A stretch of 64,000 nt of DNA, taken from assembly GCA_965233585.1 (NCBI GenBank), contig CBDDTI010000746.1:96001-160000 (forward strand). The letters run 5' to 3'. A model generated the notes under the pieces. That model searched no databases and had not been told where the DNA came from. It saw only the letters and a list, made by a program, of their open reading frames with translations. Below are positions 10,494 to 19,504 of this stretch, in pieces. Numbering within the stretch: the first letter of the stretch is position 1; every line of letters starts with the position of its first letter. The translations under genes and the position numbers were made by a program. The DNA is from a bacterium (GTDB lineage: Bacteria > SAR324 > NAC60-12).

Positions 10494-12620
10494 ATGGCAG
10501 GATCAGGAATCTTACCAAATCAATACCAAAAGTTATTAACGCATCCTGTCCAGCAAGATTTACCCATTGGTCACCTTATCAGTCGTGTGATTCAAACCAT
10601 ACCTCCTATCTTTAAACTTTTTAACATTAACCTTGAACGTTACAAAAAATCCCCTGTTTTAAATAAAGCATTAGAAGGTCGTCAACATGTTGAGCAAATT
10701 CAAATACTCCAAAATTTCTTTCCGTCTTTTCTCTTCGTATTCTGTTCTCAACTGAAATCACAAGCAGAGCTGTCTTCGTTTGCCAATGAACTCCAAATTT
10801 GTGGTCTTATCAACCTTTTAAGTCGTGTAGAGTTTTCTGATGTCTTTTTGAAGCAATTTTTGCAAAATCTTGGAGAAGATGTAGAAATTTATGACCAGCA
10901 ATCTCAGTCAAGCAAAGCAGTCTCTAATCCTAGTTTAATTCTCAACAGGGATTTGTTTCTGATTGGACGTTCTATCATGTGGAATGGTAGGACTTTGACA
11001 GAACAACTAGAAAGCCATTATTTAATGAGAGCGGTCACAGATTTTTTTATACGATACTATTTTGAGTTGTTGGTGCTTGCCCCTGACAATATCTCTCCCA
11101 CAATCTATGACATTTTTGAAAACTTTTTGACTGTCCTTCAGTTTCAAGAAAATTTGTATTTGAAGCGGCATCTCCAATTTAAGCAGAGCATCAATAAAAT
11201 TCCTATACTGGTGCGCAACGAATATACTTGTCCAAACCACTATCTTTTAAACAAAGGGGCATTTGACCAAATCTATTCTGTGATTCCCATGTTGCATAAA
11301 TTGAAAAGTGCAGACTTGGTAGCAACCAAGAGGGTCATTGATGCTCAACTTGTTGAATTGTGGAATTTGTCAACTGCGAAAACTTTGCTTTTTCTGCGTG
11401 CAGTGCGGTCGGTTTATCCTGTGCAAAGTGTGGAACAAGTGGTGTCATTCATTGGAGCAAAACAACCGCAAAAGTTAAAAGACCTTTTGCAATATATGGC
11501 AGAACCCGAACAGCTTCATTCTTGCGACTATTTGGTGCCTGCTGTCCAAAAATTTTCTCAAAAGTTTCTCCAATCTTTGAAAGCCTCCAGCCCTAAAGCA
11601 CGTCCTCCGTCTCCCAATCGTTCACCAAATGCTGCTGCTTTAAAACAGGCTTTTCTCAAGGCAATGAATCAGCTCAAACAACAATCACGACAGATTAACC
11701 AAGATGCTCGGAAGTCTTTGATTAATTTTGCAAGTGCCTTCCAAAAACATTCAAGCCCCAATCCTATGAATTTGCAGCAGTCTGAAGAAATCACTCATCT
11801 TGCACTCACAGGCATCAATCACTTGAACTACACCCACGAAGCAGACTTGACCAGTTACGCAGAAGCTATCAAAACTGCAACAGCTCATTTAGAACAATGC
11901 AACTTCCAGCAACGTATTGAACGTATGACTTGCGTGAGCAATATTCTGGCTCTTTCAGCAGAGTTAGACCTTTTAAGAAAACAAGCGGAGGAGGAGGCGA
12001 CAACTTACCAAGGTGCGATGGAGCAAATGGTGGCATTACCAAATGGTCAGGAAGGCAGTCAAATTCCCTTAAAAAAAGTGTTATCCTTACCTGTGAGCCA
12101 TCAAGATAAATTAAACTTGATACAAAAATTGATGGGGGAAAAACTCCCTCAACACACTTTAAACGTCATTCAGGAAGTCTATCAACGTTGCTCCAGAGAT
12201 GCCGTTAGGAATGTACAACTTTATAAAAATGGAAAGTTGGATATGCCAACCTTGAATGAACTCCTTTTGCCACAAAAGCGAGAAAACCAGATCGCTGAAA
12301 AGGAGTTAGTAGCCATTCCAGAAATACATAAACCGTTGATGGCAGTGATAGATTTTTTTGAGCTTCCGCTTGGTCCAAAAGAAGGACTTTCACCAGACAA
12401 GCCTTTTGAACAACACTTCTTTTACTTGGATTATTTGGTCAAAAGAAACGAACTTTCTGAAAAAGATCAAGATGAAATTGTTGCAGCTGCTGTTCATTTT
12501 TCTGTCATTGCCTATACAAAATATTATGACATCGCTCCTAGTGGGCGCTTTGATGAACTTACCTTATTAGCCGCTTATAATCTGTGGCAGTCCAATGGAT
12601 TAAAAAATTTGAGACAATAG
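10494..12620 (+). CDS. Hypothetical protein (~708 aa, helical, Pro-rich linker)
   Basis: Long uninterrupted ORF in operon context; no recognisable motif. Confidence 0.7.
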   Translation: MAGSGILPNQYQKLLTHPVQQDLPIGHLISRVIQTIPPIFKLFNINLERYKKSPVLNKALEGRQHVEQIQILQNFFPSFLFVFCSQLKSQAELSSFANELQICGLINLLSRVEFSDVFLKQFLQNLGEDVEIYDQQSQSSKAVSNPSLILNRDLFLIGRSIMWNGRTLTEQLESHYLMRAVTDFFIRYYFELLVLAPDNISPTIYDIFENFLTVLQFQENLYLKRHLQFKQSINKIPILVRNEYTCPNHYLLNKGAFDQIYSVIPMLHKLKSADLVATKRVIDAQLVELWNLSTAKTLLFLRAVRSVYPVQSVEQVVSFIGAKQPQKLKDLLQYMAEPEQLHSCDYLVPAVQKFSQKFLQSLKASSPKARPPSPNRSPNAAALKQAFLKAMNQLKQQSRQINQDARKSLINFASAFQKHSSPNPMNLQQSEEITHLALTGINHLNYTHEADLTSYAEAIKTATAHLEQCNFQQRIERMTCVSNILALSAELDLLRKQAEEEATTYQGAMEQMVALPNGQEGSQIPLKKVLSLPVSHQDKLNLIQKLMGEKLPQHTLNVIQEVYQRCSRDAVRNVQLYKNGKLDMPTLNELLLPQKRENQIAEKELVAIPEIHKPLMAVIDFFELPLGPKEGLSPDKPFEQHFFYLDYLVKRNELSEKDQDEIVAAAVHFSVIAYTKYYDIAPSGRFDELTLLAAYNLWQSNGLKNLRQ

Positions 12621-12669
12621 TCTTGTCTTTTGTGCTAAATTGAAGAGATAATAATGGAATTTTCAGAGA

Positions 12670-12990
12670 ATGACCTTGAATACTAAAAAAATGCTGGAAG
12701 GCATTGAGTTTCTAGCACCCTCACCTCAGCAATCTTTAGGAGAAGATCAGTTTGTTTACGTGTGTCAGCAGTATGTTGAAAATGTGGAGCAAAGACTTGC
12801 AGGGATGGAGCTTTCAGAAAAATATCGTACAAGGTCTAATGTTGCGATTTATAGCTTGAAGTTTGCCATCAATGAGATGAAAAAGCTGAACACAGAGCAG
12901 TCTCTTTCTTACAGCTTTGCAATTTTTAATGCTTTGGTTTCTCTCAATGAGGTCTTGCTCAGTGCGATTGAGAAGAAGGAGACGAACTAG
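12670..12990 (+). CDS. Hypothetical protein
   Basis: 106-aa ORF, co-oriented with upstream genes. Confidence 0.6.
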   Translation: MTLNTKKMLEGIEFLAPSPQQSLGEDQFVYVCQQYVENVEQRLAGMELSEKYRTRSNVAIYSLKFAINEMKKLNTEQSLSYSFAIFNALVSLNEVLLSAIEKKETN

Positions 12991-13196
12991 CGATGTTTTT
13001 TGACACGTTCATCAACCAATGGCTCAAACACTTTCCAGATCTCAGCTCCCAAGTCTGTTAGCTGAAACCCCCGACCTCGGCATTCGTAACATGCTGATTT
13101 TGCATTGATTTGAATAGAGGCATGCTGTTTGAAGCCATGCTTTTGACCCGTTCCCTGGCACACATGGCACGTTTGTTTAATGTCAGTAATCAACAT
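12987..13196 (-). CDS. Anti-TRAP (RtpA)-like / DnaJ-type zinc-finger small protein
   Basis: CHVCQGTG...CYECRGRG followed by LTDLG.EI..., the same layout as Bacillus anti-TRAP. Confidence 0.7.
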   Translation of the reverse strand: MLITDIKQTCHVCQGTGQKHGFKQHASIQINAKSACYECRGRGFQLTDLGAEIWKVFEPLVDERVKKHR

Positions 13197-13216
13197 TTTT
13201 TGAGAGTAGCAACATT

Positions 13217-13588
13217 ATGTTTGGTATAGGAATCCCTGAACTTATCATTATTGGAGTGATTGCATTGGTTTTCATTGGACCAAATGAACTGCCTAAGGTT
13301 TTGCGGACGTTGGGTAAAGGATTGGCAGACTTTAAACGTGCATCTAATCAATTCAAGCATGCCGCACAGAAAGAGTTAGACCAAATCACACAAGACCCTA
13401 CTTTTGATGAAGTGAAGGAAACATTGAATGAAACTGGGTCAGTTGCTACAAAATTCTCACACCTCAAAGATTGGAAAGACTCCCCCGAAGATACTTTCAA
13501 TACCCTAGCCGATTCACTAGAACCCCAAACACAAGAACAGACTGAAGCTCAAAAAGACTCACAAATGACAGAAAAACAGTCTGTTTAG
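13217..13588 (+). CDS. tatB: Sec-independent translocase subunit TatB (TatA/B family)
   Basis: MFGIGIPELIIIGVIALVFIGPNELPKVLRTLGK. Confidence 0.85.
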   Translation: MFGIGIPELIIIGVIALVFIGPNELPKVLRTLGKGLADFKRASNQFKHAAQKELDQITQDPTFDEVKETLNETGSVATKFSHLKDWKDSPEDTFNTLADSLEPQTQEQTEAQKDSQMTEKQSV

Positions 13589-14208
13589 ATGGGTTCGTCC
13601 AACAACGTTTTGACAGCATCAAGCATCACTTCAGGTTGGATGGGTTTATACAAGATTCGGTTTGCCCCAAACTCTGCAGCACTTTCTAAATAAGACACCC
13701 CCAAAGTCTGAGTTTCTGCCGAAATGGCTATGATTTTGGCATGAGGAAAGTCTTCTTTGATTTTTAAGACCACTGCTGTTCCTGCCTGTTGACCGTTTGG
13801 GAAGAGCATGTCTGTAATGACTAAATCGTGAGGTGCTTGATAAAATTTTGTGATCCCCTCATCTACAGTTCCAGCAACGTCCACATCGTAGCCTGCGTTT
13901 TCTAAATTTTGTTGCAATAAAAATCTGTAATCTACTTGATCTTCAATCACAAGGATTCGTTTTGGTTTCATGATTTTACCTTTTGAAAAATAGGAACGAA
14001 GAGCCATTTGCACAGACAAATAGCCTGTCAAAATGCCATCTTCATAGTTAAAAACAGCATCATCAAACAAAGCAGGGAAATCTTGAGGATTACGAATGTC
14101 TTCGTGTGTCACATTCGGCAAAATAGAATTGGCAACATTCAGTACTTTTTGTTGTTGCTTCTGAATCATACTTTGCAAAAGTTCCTCTATTTGTGCTGCT
14201 TGTATCAT
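13585..14208 (-). CDS. Response regulator receiver protein with an N-terminal ~80-aa unknown domain (or internal start at 13971)
   Basis: C-terminal REC domain: ILVIEDQ, DLVITD, AISA, YKP; N-terminal extension in frame. Confidence 0.75.
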   Translation of the reverse strand: MIQAAQIEELLQSMIQKQQQKVLNVANSILPNVTHEDIRNPQDFPALFDDAVFNYEDGILTGYLSVQMALRSYFSKGKIMKPKRILVIEDQVDYRFLLQQNLENAGYDVDVAGTVDEGITKFYQAPHDLVITDMLFPNGQQAGTAVVLKIKEDFPHAKIIAISAETQTLGVSYLESAAEFGANRILYKPIQPEVMLDAVKTLLDEPI

Positions 14209-14954
14209 TTTTTCTTATTCTCAAGTTGAACTTTCATCAATGCACGTAGTTTGAGAATCGTTTTAGAACGTATTTGAGAGACGCGAGATTCTGACACCCC
14301 AAGCACTGCACCAACTTCTTTCAAATTCATCTCCTCCATGTAATAAAGTGAAAGGATCAATTGTTCTTGCTCTGTGAGCTTTTTGATGGCATCTGACAAA
14401 ATAGCACGTGCTTGATTGAGTTCTGCCAGTTCAAAAGGGTCTTCACATTTGGGGTCAGCAATGACTTCAAGAATATCGGTAGTTTCTCCTTCGTCATTTG
14501 TTGAACCGCCTAAATCTTCAAAAGAAAGCAAAGTCAATGGTTTGGTTTTATCAACAAACTCCTGATACTCTTTGGTGGACATTTCCAACTCCCTAGCCAT
14601 CTCTGAATCTGTGGGGTCTCTTTGAAATTGGTTACACAACTTGGTAAATGCCTTTTCCAAACGATGCCCTGCACTCCTGACAGAACGTGGCGCCCAATCC
14701 ATTGAACGTAGTTCATCAAGAATCGCACCTTTGATACGAAACTCTGCATAAGTAGAGAGTTTCACATCGCGAGAAGCGTCAAACTTATCTAGTGCATCAA
14801 TCAGACCAATTGTGCCTGCTTGATACAATTCATCTTCTTCAATGTGAGAAGGTAACCTTGCACGCATGCGTCTGACAACACGTTTGATTAAGTAGGCATT
14901 TTCCAGAATCAAGGCTTCTCTTGTTTTTTGTTGTGTATAAGGATTCGGTTTCAT
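14205..14954 (-). CDS. fliA: RNA polymerase sigma-28 factor FliA/WhiG
   Basis: GLIDALDKFD, TYAEFRIKGAILDELRSMDW, LGVSESRVSQI; downstream of flhFG. Confidence 0.95.
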   Translation of the reverse strand: MKPNPYTQQKTREALILENAYLIKRVVRRMRARLPSHIEEDELYQAGTIGLIDALDKFDASRDVKLSTYAEFRIKGAILDELRSMDWAPRSVRSAGHRLEKAFTKLCNQFQRDPTDSEMARELEMSTKEYQEFVDKTKPLTLLSFEDLGGSTNDEGETTDILEVIADPKCEDPFELAELNQARAILSDAIKKLTEQEQLILSLYYMEEMNLKEVGAVLGVSESRVSQIRSKTILKLRALMKVQLENKKK

Positions 14955-14973
14955 TGGCTTGTTCCATGTAATG

Positions 14974-15846
14974 CTAGCGACGTCGTTTCCATAAGCTCAA
15001 CCTCTCCCAAAAAGAAAGTGGTTGTTGATTAATCATCTCGCTTGATTGCCAAAAAGTCGGTGTGTCAACATGACGTGCCAGAGTATGGAAACAAACGCTT
15101 GCGGCTGCTTTGGGAAACACTTCAAGCAGTGGACGTTGCTGTCTGACTGCTCTGGTGAAATGGGTATCTTTTAAGATAAATCCCAAATAGGTCAAATTGG
15201 CATTTAAAAAATCGTATGCCACTTTATTCAGTCTTTCAAAAACAAGTCCTCCTTCTTGTTGAGAGCTAACTTGATTTGCTAGAATGTTAAAATTTTTGAG
15301 GCTGTATTTTTCGGACAAAATCTTCATCAATGAGTAGGCATCAGTCATGGATGTTGGCTCTGGTGTGGCAACAATCAAGACTTTATCGGCAGAAGTGTTA
15401 AATCGTAACACACTGGAGGCAATGCCTGCACCAGTGTCAATTAAAAGATAGTCCATAGGCATTTGGATTTCTGAGAGTTTTTGTAAAAGCCTCTGTTGTT
15501 CGTGGGGTGGAAGCTCTGCCATTTCTCCAACACCCGAACTTGCTGGCAGAATAGACACTTGACAAGGTCCTTCTACCACAACATCGTCCATGGTTTTACT
15601 CCCAGCAAGCACATCATCAATGGTATAAGGTGGAGATAAATTAAGTAAAACATCAATGTTGGCAAGCCCAAAATCTGCATCTAAAATAAAAACTTTTCTA
15701 CCACGATTGGCTAAGGCACATGCAAGATTGATTGTCACATTTGTCTTGCCAACTCCTCCTTTACCGCTGGTGACACTAATGATTTTGGCACGGGAGACAG
15801 GCATCGTTGTATTCATTTGCCTCAATTTAGCCGCCTGATCGTTCAT
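14974..15846 (-). CDS. flhG: Flagellar number regulator FlhG/FleN (MinD-like ATPase)
   Basis: N-terminal DQA motif, SGKGGVGKT, DADFGLANID, PEPTSMTDAY. Confidence 0.93.
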   Translation of the reverse strand: MNDQAAKLRQMNTTMPVSRAKIISVTSGKGGVGKTNVTINLACALANRGRKVFILDADFGLANIDVLLNLSPPYTIDDVLAGSKTMDDVVVEGPCQVSILPASSGVGEMAELPPHEQQRLLQKLSEIQMPMDYLLIDTGAGIASSVLRFNTSADKVLIVATPEPTSMTDAYSLMKILSEKYSLKNFNILANQVSSQQEGGLVFERLNKVAYDFLNANLTYLGFILKDTHFTRAVRQQRPLLEVFPKAAASVCFHTLARHVDTPTFWQSSEMINQQPLSFWERLSLWKRRR

Positions 15847-15974
15847 AATTCAACTTAAATAGTGTCTATTTGTTTTTGAACGACCCGTCTTTCTATAACT
15901 TTCATGTTCAGATTTTCAAACAAGATGTTTTGCAAGATACTTTAAGCGATGAGCAGTAGTTAGCTTTGTCAACC

Positions 15975-17225
15975 TTATGCACTACCTGAAATGTTAAGTA
16001 ATAGATCAACAAGTCTCTCTTTTGAAGCAGGTTCAATGTCATCTGGAACTTGTTGACCTGTTGTTAAAAAAGCAACAGGTTTTTTAAAGCGAATGGCATG
16101 ATTGAAAATACAGCCACAAGTTGTGCTTTCATCAAGTTTTGTAAAAATCACGCCTTCAATAGGAATTTCACCAAAACGTCTTGTGATTTCGCTCATTTCA
16201 GCATCTTTGGTTGTGGTACTCAGTGTCAAATAATTTTCAAATCTGGGGTCGTCAATCATAGCATGAAGTTCAGTCATTTGTTCAAAGTCACGCTGTGAAC
16301 GTCCTCCTGTGTCAATCAAAATGACGTCAAGGTCAACAGACCTTGAGATGACTTGTTCCAGTTCCTGTTTGTTTGCCACAACATCAAAAGGAATTTGCAT
16401 AATTTTAGCGTAAGAACGTAGATGTTCTATGGCTCCCACTCTGTATGTGTCCAGTGTCACAAGACCAACACTTCGTCCATATTTCATTTTTTGTTCTGAT
16501 GCCATTTTGGCAAGTGTGGTCGTTTTGCCAACACCTGTTGGACCAATGAGTGCAATCACCCGCTGTTTGTGCCCTTCTTTCTCAATGCCGTTGGTGGTCT
16601 TGACAATTTTCATAGCCATTCTTGCAATAAAAATTTTGACATAAAGAAAGTTTTCCAGTTCTTCTGGTGGGATATTTTTTTGTGCTTCTGCAACCAGCCT
16701 TTTGGCAAACTTTTCTTCAAGACCTGCAAACACCATTTGTTGATACAATGCCAACAAATTTTCATGTAAATTGGAATCCCGCATTTGTGCATTTTCTGCA
16801 GCAAAAGAATGAATCAATCGCTTGACTTCGCTCAGCTCTTGTTGCAAATGTCCAATCGTTTTTTTCTCTACGGATGGCTTTTGTTGCATGGATTGAATCA
16901 TGCTTTTGAGTTCTTGAATTTCTTCTTGAATGGGTGCTAAGACTTGCTTGGTTTCTAGCGCAGTGACTTTCGCAGCGATTGGTGCAGGAATGGGGGACAC
17001 AGCAGGTTTGATAGGTTCAGGCATTGGTTTTTTTAGAGGAGGTGGAGCAGGTTTAGCATCTTTTGCGGCAGTGACTTCTAGCATCGTTTTGCCAAAAAGT
17101 CCAAATTTCCCTGACGATTCCTTCACTTGTCTTGTAGAGACAATCACAGCATCAGGACCCAAATCTTTTTTGATCTGCTGAAGGGCTTCTTGAATCGTAT
17201 TGACACGATAACGTTTTAAATTCAT
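15975..17225 (-). CDS. flhF: Flagellar SRP-type GTPase FlhF
   Basis: LGPDAVIVSTR, GPTGVGKTTTLAK, DTYR, TKLDE, GQQVPDD. Confidence 0.95.
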   Translation of the reverse strand: MNLKRYRVNTIQEALQQIKKDLGPDAVIVSTRQVKESSGKFGLFGKTMLEVTAAKDAKPAPPPLKKPMPEPIKPAVSPIPAPIAAKVTALETKQVLAPIQEEIQELKSMIQSMQQKPSVEKKTIGHLQQELSEVKRLIHSFAAENAQMRDSNLHENLLALYQQMVFAGLEEKFAKRLVAEAQKNIPPEELENFLYVKIFIARMAMKIVKTTNGIEKEGHKQRVIALIGPTGVGKTTTLAKMASEQKMKYGRSVGLVTLDTYRVGAIEHLRSYAKIMQIPFDVVANKQELEQVISRSVDLDVILIDTGGRSQRDFEQMTELHAMIDDPRFENYLTLSTTTKDAEMSEITRRFGEIPIEGVIFTKLDESTTCGCIFNHAIRFKKPVAFLTTGQQVPDDIEPASKERLVDLLLNISGSA

Positions 17226-17228
17226 CTC

Positions 17229-19307
17229 TTACTCCACAACTCCTAAACATTCAATCCTCACATCTTGCGAAATTTCGTTATGAGACAAGACTGCTAAATT
17301 TGGCAAAAATCTTTCAATCAAGTGTTTGATATGAGGTCTAATCAAAGGCGAACAAAGCAGAATAGGATTGTAATTATTCACAGCAAAAAGCTCCATCATT
17401 TCCTCAATTTTGTTAATCAATGCTTGTGAGATTTCAGGTGCTAATCCTAGATAAGTGCCATGTCCTGTGTCTTGAATAGAATGAGCGATCTGGTCTTCAA
17501 TTTCTTGGCTTAATGTAATCAAAGGTAGCTGACCGTCAGCCGTTTGATATTGTCTTGTGATAGGTCTTGCCATAGCTTGACGAACATATTCTGTCAGCAA
17601 ATCTGCATCTTTTGTCAAACCGCCATAGTCTGCAAGTGTTTCTAAAATGGTATGTAAATCTCTGATTGAAACACGTTCTCGCAAAAGATTTTGCAAAGTT
17701 TTTTGTACTACACCCAATGAAAGAAGGCTTGGTACAAGCTCTTCTACGACTTTGGGTTCTGTTTTAGCAAAGTTATCAAGCAAATTCTGCACCTCTTGTC
17801 TGCCTAAAAATTCGTGAGCGTGATTTTTCAAAATTTCTGTGACATGTGTTGCTAGCACCGTTGGAAGGTCAACGACCGTATAGCCTGCAAATTGTGCAGT
17901 TTCTTCTTGGTCAGAAGTAATCCACATAGCAGGCAAACCAAAAGCAGGCTCCACTGTGTCAATTCCGGGAATTTCTTCGTCAACCTCTCCTGTCTTCATA
18001 GCAAGATAATGACCAACCATCAATTCACTGCGTCCGACTTCAATGCCTTTAATCGTGATTGAGTATTCACCTGGGGCAAGTTCAAGGTTGTCTTTGATAT
18101 GCAAAGGCGGAACGATGAAGCCAAAGTCAAGAGCCATTTGACGCCTGATTGCCTTCACTCTTTTTAAAATTTCTCCGTCTTGTTCTGCATCAACAAGTGG
18201 AATCAAGCCGTATCCTAGCTCCAACCCAAAAACATCAATAGGGAGCAATCCTGTAATGTCTTCTGGGGCTTCATCTATCTCTTCAAGTTCTTTGCGTTGT
18301 TGCTCTTCGTGTTCTTGGGTTTCATGTTTTGCAACCATTTGTTTGACAAGGTATCCACCGCCACCAGTAAACAATGCCAGCATCAAGAAGGGCATCGTTG
18401 GCATACCCGGTACGATGGCAAAGGCAAACAAAACCAATGCTGCAACAAACAATGCTTGAGGATTACTGAAGACCTGTTTTTGTAGGTCAATAGAAAGTTT
18501 TTGGTCTGCTGATGCTTTAGTCACAGCAATACCTGCGGCAACTGAAATGATCAAAGATGGAATTTGTGAGACAAGACCATCGCCAATGGTCAACAGAGAA
18601 TAAGTATTGAAGGCATCGCCTGCACTCATCTGATATTGAGTCATGCCAACAATCAATCCGCCAATGATATTGATAGCACTGATAATCAAACCTGCAATGG
18701 CATCACCTCTTACAAATTTACTTGCTCCGTCCATCGCTCCGTAAAAATCGGATTCTCGTTGGACTAATGTGCGTCTTTCTTTTGCCGCCTGTTCATCAAT
18801 CAAACCTGCATTCAAGTCTGCATCAATCGCCATTTGTTTACCGGGCATGGCATCAAGGGTGAAACGTGCAGCGACTTCTGCAATCCTTCCAGCACCTTTG
18901 GTAATCACGACAAAATTAATCAGCACCAAAATCAAAAACAGAATAATCCCAACAATCTGGTTTCCTCCGATGACAAATTCCCCGAATGCTTTGATGACCT
19001 CACCTGCCGCATTGACGCCTTTGTTACCATTGAGCAAGATCAAACGGGTAGAGGCAACGTTTAAAGAAAGTCTAAAAAGAGTGGAGATGAGAAGGACAGT
19101 AGGAAATGATGAAAAATCAAGAGCTTTTTCAGTGAACAACGAAACAAATAGAATGAGGACACCAAGAGTGACACTAATGGCTAGTAAGAGATCAAGCAAA
19201 AATTCAGGCAACGGCATGACCATCACCATTAATATTGCCATCACACCACCAGCTAGTAGTAAATCAGTATTCCTTGCTAACTTTCCTGCACCGATTGCTT
19301 CTGCCAC
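17229..19307 (-). CDS. flhA: Flagellar export gate protein FlhA
   Basis: RIAEVAARFTLDAMPGKQMAIDADL, FYGAMDGASKFV, LTIGDGLV. Confidence 0.97.
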   Translation of the reverse strand: MAEAIGAGKLARNTDLLLAGGVMAILMVMVMPLPEFLLDLLLAISVTLGVLILFVSLFTEKALDFSSFPTVLLISTLFRLSLNVASTRLILLNGNKGVNAAGEVIKAFGEFVIGGNQIVGIILFLILVLINFVVITKGAGRIAEVAARFTLDAMPGKQMAIDADLNAGLIDEQAAKERRTLVQRESDFYGAMDGASKFVRGDAIAGLIISAINIIGGLIVGMTQYQMSAGDAFNTYSLLTIGDGLVSQIPSLIISVAAGIAVTKASADQKLSIDLQKQVFSNPQALFVAALVLFAFAIVPGMPTMPFLMLALFTGGGGYLVKQMVAKHETQEHEEQQRKELEEIDEAPEDITGLLPIDVFGLELGYGLIPLVDAEQDGEILKRVKAIRRQMALDFGFIVPPLHIKDNLELAPGEYSITIKGIEVGRSELMVGHYLAMKTGEVDEEIPGIDTVEPAFGLPAMWITSDQEETAQFAGYTVVDLPTVLATHVTEILKNHAHEFLGRQEVQNLLDNFAKTEPKVVEELVPSLLSLGVVQKTLQNLLRERVSIRDLHTILETLADYGGLTKDADLLTEYVRQAMARPITRQYQTADGQLPLITLSQEIEDQIAHSIQDTGHGTYLGLAPEISQALINKIEEMMELFAVNNYNPILLCSPLIRPHIKHLIERFLPNLAVLSHNEISQDVRIECLGVVE

Positions 19308-19420
19308 AGATTAATCTTTTAAAAAGTGTCTCATGTCTAAGTTCAGCCCAACAAGAATTTTTCAAACCCATTTTGTTATGATTCGTTTGAGCGATGTCTA
19401 TAAAATCGTGATTAAAACTA

Positions 19421-19436
19421 TACAAATTATACGCCA
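19421..19436 (-). promoter_or_regulatory. Possible sigma54 (-24/-12) promoter upstream of flhA
   Basis: Minus strand TGGCGTATAATTTGTA: GG-N10-GT, with a mismatch at the -12 C. Confidence 0.25.
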
Positions 19437-19504
19437 AATCCAAAAATTAGCTATGCTGACTCTTGTCAATCTTGATGATGGTTTTTCAATATAAAAAAAT
19501 TGAC

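Noticed and set aside
18769..19314. 181-aa plus-strand ORF
   Set aside because: Antisense shadow of the conserved flhA; similar shadows occur over moxR, ahcY, flhF and ispH
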